Assembly (NCBI GenBank): GCA_002633005.1
Contig: NMRA01000001.1
Coordinates: 3,948,102-4,012,101, forward strand
Origin: Phoronis australis
Lineage: Eukaryota > Animalia > Phoronida
Direction: 5' to 3'
DNA length: 64,000 bases
Under the pieces are notes generated by a model. That model searched no databases. It saw only the letters and a program-made list of their open reading frames with translations, and had not been told where the DNA came from. Below are positions 57,483-64,000 of the stretch, piece after piece. A program made the translations under genes and the position numbers. Position 1 is the first letter of the stretch, and every line of letters begins with the position of its first letter.

Positions 57483-59353
57483 CTGAAGAAATTGGTAAAG
57501 TGGCCATCATGATCGTCAAGATTATTAAACATGCTATTTTCTTTACATTCACACAGGATGAGTTTCGTCCCTGAAAAGATATTACTAAAATATTAAACAT
57601 TTCGTAACTTTCAGCCCCGTTGCCTTTTTTATTGCTGTTTTTGTAAAACAGTTATTTAAGAAGTATGTGGCGTCAGTGAGTACCCATAATGCATGAGTCA
57701 GCTGTAACTCACTACGGTGGCCATTTTAGGCGGTGGTGCTCTACTAAATAGATGTTAAACTAAAAAAATCATATTGGATTCAGTTCAGTTTTGAAAATAT
57801 TTGGAAATATTTTGAATGAGCATTATTTGGGCTGAGCTAACTTGCTTTATAATTGCATGTTCTATGAGGTTTTTAACTAACATGAATAGGGAAAGGTATC
57901 TTTAAGTTAGTGTATAGGAAACAAAATATAAACGCTTAAAGAATGGGTAAAAGTAGTGATCTGGTGTTGACACATTCAAAAAGGATGCAGATGTTAGGTA
58001 TTGCCTCAGAGGTTTTATACACTCTACTAAGTGACATAACAATTCGTTTGAGCTAGATTAAACACTACGTGAAATTTTTTACTCTACATATTTTGTAATG
58101 CAATTTGACGCGATTGCATGGTTGTGTCTTTTGGTTTTACTTACGTCATCGAGAAACAGAATACCTTTATATTTGTATAATTATGAAGTCGTTGAAATAA
58201 AAAATATGTAGGTTATTTTTATAATTCAGATCATTTATTCATGTTTGCGTGTTTAATCTTGAATTTAATTAGGATTTAAATTTAATTGTTTTTAAAATAG
58301 TATTAAATATTTTACACAGATTTACAAAATTTTAAAGCATACCTCTATAAAAATCTTAAAAGTATCTCATAATTGCGTAAAGTTTTCCCCTGGCAAAACG
58401 GCAGAACTTAGCTTAAGATCTCAAGGGTACTTCATTTAAGCACAATAAACATCCTGATTATCATATAAAGAAAGAATTTCATCACGTCTGACTAACTTAC
58501 CATCTGACCACGTTCTAATAGACAATCTGCATCAATACTATAATTTAGGGTTTACTTATTGAACGTCTAATAAACCCACTTCACTTTTACCGACTATACA
58601 TACAGATGAATGGTGCTAATTTGTTGTTACAAAACAACTGTAATTAGTGTTTAGTTCTACACATCATCGACCCTGGAAGAGAGACAGGCTTAAAACCCCT
58701 GACACTGCCATAGAAATATTAATTAGCATTCGACACCGTCTCGTCTAAAGGCTTTCTGACAAAACGACCGCAGAACGTTATACCTTTGTCGAGATATTTC
58801 AAGTCAAATGTCAATAGTGATACGAGTTGAAGTAGAAAGCTGGTCAATAAAATTCTGGTCTCAGCGGACAAGCAGTTAATTTAATTAGTTGAACTAATGG
58901 GTATTTCTAAGTCATTTCGAACAAGTTCTGAAACGAATTGCCAAGTGCTTTAAGGTTTAACGCCCCCTTTTCAGAATTAAAATGTTCTCCTTATTGGAAA
59001 AAAATACGAAAAATTACATTTTAGGTGCATCTGTGATTGGAGTGAACAGAAGATTTTTAACCTCTTGTTTTCATACCGGCAGTCCAAAAAAATAATTTCT
59101 TGATGTCGCCGGTTAAATATTTGTAATTTCTAACAAATGAATCGAATGAATCGTATCGAATCAATTGTTTCACCATGAATTCAAGTCCAATTCCAGTCAA
59201 GTTATAAATTCAGTTGTTAGCTAAACGAACAATCGAAGGAAAGTAAGTGTTCAAATTTTACAGCAAAGTCCGAACATGCATGAAGTATTATTCATTTTTC
59301 CAATAATTTTGGTAGACACGGTTTACTGCTCTGAAAATTTAGTAGCGCGCGCG

Positions 59354-59356
<3 letters not shown>

Positions 59357-59398
<42 letters not shown>
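59357..59398. repeat. (CA)n microsatellite
   Basis: About 20 perfect AC units; a shorter (CA)n tract lies at about 61220-61250. Confidence 0.95.
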
Positions 59399-59400
<2 letters not shown>

Positions 59401-62400
59401 ACACTGCCTGAATAATACAATATCACCTATAAGTGAATGATTATCTCTCGGAAATCGTAAGTAAGAACGTAGCAAAAGACTTCGTTATATACATCTGCCT
59501 GTTGGTGGCACGGAGAGCTGCACTGGTATGCATGAACATGACCAAGAATATTTGAAAGAAACGAAAATAACGCCGCATATCGTTTTAAAAATTATCTGAT
59601 TGCCCAACGTTCCAGTGCAGTGTACAAACGTGCACATTTGCAGACAGCAACTACGCTGCCGAGGAAGAAGATCGCACGCAATTTGCGGGCACTTTTAATA
59701 ATCACTATTACTAATGCTATTAATGTAACGTGACAGCTATTTTATAGCGGACGTATAAAATCAGAGTCGTATATCAGGAAAAAAAGCTTGTTCGATATCC
59801 AAGACAAATTAGATTAATGTAACAGTCCCAAATGTATTCCGTAGTCAAAGTGCCTTCATCACGTCGCTCATACAATAGCAGACAAAACAATAAATACACA
59901 TAATTCACAAACCTTTATTTTCGATTTATTAATCCTTGTTACCTCTCTGGGTTGAAAACGCTATTTGATGGCAAGCTATTTACCTTGACTTAAAAGTAAC
60001 GAAAATGACTTCGATATTCCAAATTTGTTTTATTTCATTATTCCAGTTACATCTTTCATGTTTTTTTATTTTCTATTATATGAAATCAATGGCCGAGCCA
60101 CATTCACGACATCATCTCAGTCTTAATGAGTCTGCTCTCAAATAGCAATAACTATGGTTATCACTCTTAATTATAGCATTATAAATCCGACATTAAAACA
60201 ACAAACAATAGTTTTCCCTCAGTAGTCAGAAAACACAGTGTTTATATACCTGAACTAATAAAACGAAGACTGAAATTTCACAAAAAATACCTCTTCTTGT
60301 TTTTTGATCTTTGGGCTGAATACCATTTCGTCTCTTCTGACATGATGCCATGATAATTAATTCAAACTTTTGAAACAGAAAAGTTTATTTTGACACCTTG
60401 TTCTTTCATATTTTTAGAACACTCACCTGCAAAAATGTGCCATTGAAAACTGCAATTAGCACAAGCTACAAGCCACTACAGAAATTAGTACTTAAATTTA
60501 TGTCTTATTCGTGAAGCCCGTTTGCACTTTTACTTTTTGTCATCCTTTCATTTTCATTCATCTCATGTTCTGTTTTCTTATGATTTCTTTTGTACTTTAA
60601 AAGTGACCCTGAATAAATAAAAAATAAAAAAAGATTTTCTTGCCAATCTCTTGCCCTCCCTTGTATCCCGGTGGCCACTGAATGGCACACAATTTTGAAA
60701 TTCGTCGGCAAAATTAGAAATCTGAAATGATATTTTGAAGTGCAGCTTTAGACATACATTTTTCATGAAAGTTTTCTGTTCGCCGGATAAAAGTCTAACC
60801 ATCGAAAATTAAGCCATCTAATATAGATAAACAGAAGTGAAAGTGAATACAATGCGACTGCCGGTATATTGACGACACAGGAATGTGGCTTATACGCTGT
60901 TTTTAAAAACGCAATAAATGTTTATTAATGCGTTACATTCATTTTGAGTGATAGTAATTTGATAGAATTATAAGTAAATTAGTTTTAGATAAGACATTGT
61001 GAGTCGAGAACGACATATTCTATACCATTTATTGAACAACTTTTGAATAATATTTTCGTACGTCTAAGCAAAGTGAGGAAATGTCAAGTCTACGTTGTAC
61101 TCGCTTCCTGTCCACAAGAACGTTGAACAAACTAAACTATTAAATTAACATTTGAAACATGAACATTTTCAAACTTCGTTACACGTCAATCTCAAAGGAT
61201 TTATAGTTTGTCAGGAACTACACACCCGCACACGCACACACACACACACATATAGTCCCAAACACTAAATGCAAGATCGCCATAGGTACCTATGACGTCA
61301 TAACCATACTGAACAACTGTGCCTCTCTTTTCAAAGGAAAATTTGTTCTACTGAAGCCACTGAGCTTTCTAGTTTGTCACAACGGAGACATTTCAATGGT
61401 TTTCCAAAATCTTCCATAAAAGCTTTACGAGCAAGAATTTTGCGAATACATGTGCAAATACACCAACGATGAGGCACTGGCACTGTTACATAACAAAAAG
61501 AACTGCTGGAAACATTCAATACTTTTTCAAAAATACTAAAATGAAAATTTTGCGTCATTAACCTTTAATGAATGATTATATTAGTTTTCAAATTTCTCTA
61601 AAAACACGTCAAAATTCAAAAATACAGTATGTTTGAAACTTTAAGAGTTACGATATTTACAGACTAAATCGGCGGACAGTAGAGTGATGATCAGGATATT
61701 ATTGGGAGCGTCGGCCCAACGTGGAAGTCCTTGACTGGGAGATGGTTTAAGAGTAGTAAAAGAAGTCATATGGAAACCCATTTACATCCTAGAATAGCAC
61801 CATACATTAACTGAAACGCAATTATCGCTTCTCACCATCACGCCAGAATGACCTCTGTTATGTACTCAACGTACGTAATTTTTCAAATTTATTTTTATAG
61901 GTCCCACCCAGTCGATGAGACAGGTTGCCCCGCAACGTCTGTAATAAATCAACAGTTGTTCAGAAATAAAGGTTCATAATTTTCATTTATTGTTAACAAA
62001 CTTTCGTTTTTTCTCGCAATTATTTAACTTGTAGCTTTTCGGAGACTATTGTTAGATGAAATGGTTTCACTAGTATTAAAATTTTACTCTAAATATGTTA
62101 TCAAGATGCTTCCTAAAATGCTTTGTAATAAAAATTCTTTATCAGAATAGGCCTACTATCAACCAAATCGGGATAACTTACGCAGAACACCGATGCGATG
62201 CCCAGGTTACATGAAAAAAATTACCATGAGCATCTATAACCAACATTATGTCTTTGAAAAAGAAAAAAACAACAACACAAAACAGATTATAAATTCATTT
62301 GTCTTTTGAATTATTGACATTTCTTTGACAGCGTTCTTAAAACCTCGGTCGCAAATACCCTTACCAGTGGATGCGAACATCGTGCGAACGACAATTTACG

Positions 62401-64000
62401 CGTCCAAAGCTCCTAGACTTCCCTGCCCACGCGCAGCTCGGTCTGCTCGCTCACAAAAATTCTTCTCTCGCGCACGCTATTCCCTTCCCGCTATCCCTTT
62501 CCCTTCTCACAGATATATTTCTTTGCTTACGGACAGACCAACCTTCCTCACGCACATTATTCCTTGTCCGCGATGCCACTTCCCCTTTGAGGACAAACTC
62601 ATCATTGAGCTCCTGGAATGTTTCGTTGCTGTGTCATTTTTTCGATGAATTATTCGAATATCGGAAATCAAATAGAAATAATCATTTTCTCACTACATAC
62701 TGTGAATGTCATGAACTTTATCAAATTTCGTTTAAAAAATTATCGATAGTTTACCAATACTCGTGTTCACTAGAACACCTGCTTACGAGTTCGTTGACCG
62801 ACATGTATTATTGAGCGTAGAGTTCAATAGCATTTTCACTGTATCATTAATTACATTGCCAATACGTAATCATTCGATTTGTTTTTGTTTTCATTTTTAA
62901 AGCTTAGAGGCAGTAGTTGTCGTAGGCAAGGAATTATGTGCGGAATCAGGGTTGGAAAATTTTGTGTGTGGGCAGGCGCAAGTGCACGCATGCAGGGAAT
63001 CTAGGTGCCTTGATTTCGTTCAGGCATTTCAAGGCAGCCTTAAGAGATAGGAGGTCCTGTCCAGGATTTTTACAAACTCGTTACCAAAACCCGTCATCTC
63101 AGCCTTCCGTATGTCTTGAGAATATTGTAAGAACGGCTTGCCGAATTCAACAGAAATCGATATGGAACCGCGACGTTTTATTACCCTTCTTTAGTGGCTA
63201 ACATGTATTTTTCCAATTATTCTGTGTAAACGAATTCGTCATCGAAACAATAAAGGTTTTACGGCCGAAAATACACTTTTGAAAATTGCCGTTGGGTGGG
63301 AGAGACTTCTTGAAGTTATTACCTTGACCAGAGCTGTATAAGAACAAAATCCGTCTTGTTTTTGCGATTTTGTTACATGCTGTCGCTGAAGTCAAGCCTT
63401 ATGTCCAGTAAACACTACTTGTCTAAAAATACCGGGTAATACCAGTAAGATGAGTATCTTCGGAATTGCATGTAACTTTGGTTACATATTCATAATATAG
63501 AGAAATATTTTAGAAAAATCTATTGTCCTTTGTTTTTGGCTCAATTTCGCGAGGTTTTAAAATTTTTAGCCGTAAATTTCAACCAATCGAAATCAAAATA
63601 AATGCAAATGTAATGTTAATATCCCGGAGAATCAAAAAAGAAAATTTCAGAAAACTTGTTCTCACATTTTAGCTTGATTGTTTGAACTGAGTAATCGTTT
63701 TGCGTTCGGAAAAACAATAAAAATTCACAAAATTGAGGATACGTTTTCGGCCAATGCCAGAAATTTTCAGATAAGAGAGATACACGATTTCATTCCTCTA
63801 TTGTGTGACTTACAAGAACCACGTTCGATTTTGTAGGAAATTCGATTGTCATTGTGCAGTCACTCTTCAAACAAGGACACTCTTGCTGAGAACCGGTACT
63901 CGCAGTGATCACAGTTTATTCTCATTGCAAGTTGATTACTGCGTAAATATTAGCAATTGAGCGCTAGCTACCTATGGTTGACATCGATCTTTCTAAATAT

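Noticed and set aside
62325-62814. Overlapping 107-aa and 147-aa plus-strand ORFs
   Set aside because: No recognisable domain, pyrimidine-biased sequence, and antisense within the presumed Prop intron.

Overview
AT-rich, intron-containing animal genomic DNA, most consistent with an invertebrate bilaterian (the species cannot be determined from sequence alone). I reconstructed six spliced genes by hand from GT-AG boundaries and continuous reading phase. In order: the 3' part of a ZNF839-like gene (+), CINP (-), ribokinase RBKS (+), an ABHD2-like lipase (-), a 10-exon YeeE/YedE (TsuA-like) sulfur-transporter gene (+), and the last two exons of a Prop-family paired-like homeobox gene (-). Introns and spacers hold several non-autonomous DNA transposons (hAT, PIF/Harbinger, Kolobok-like, and a family with 5-bp target duplications), two long palindromes, minisatellites and two haplotype duplications at single-N gaps. 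The most notable observations are the intron-rich animal YeeE/YedE fusion transporter, the tail-to-tail ZNF839-CINP pair (the arrangement I recall at human 14q32), and a ~600-bp hairpin upstream of the CINP start. Family assignments come from remembered motifs, not database searches. I found no CRISPR array, rRNA or intact tRNA.
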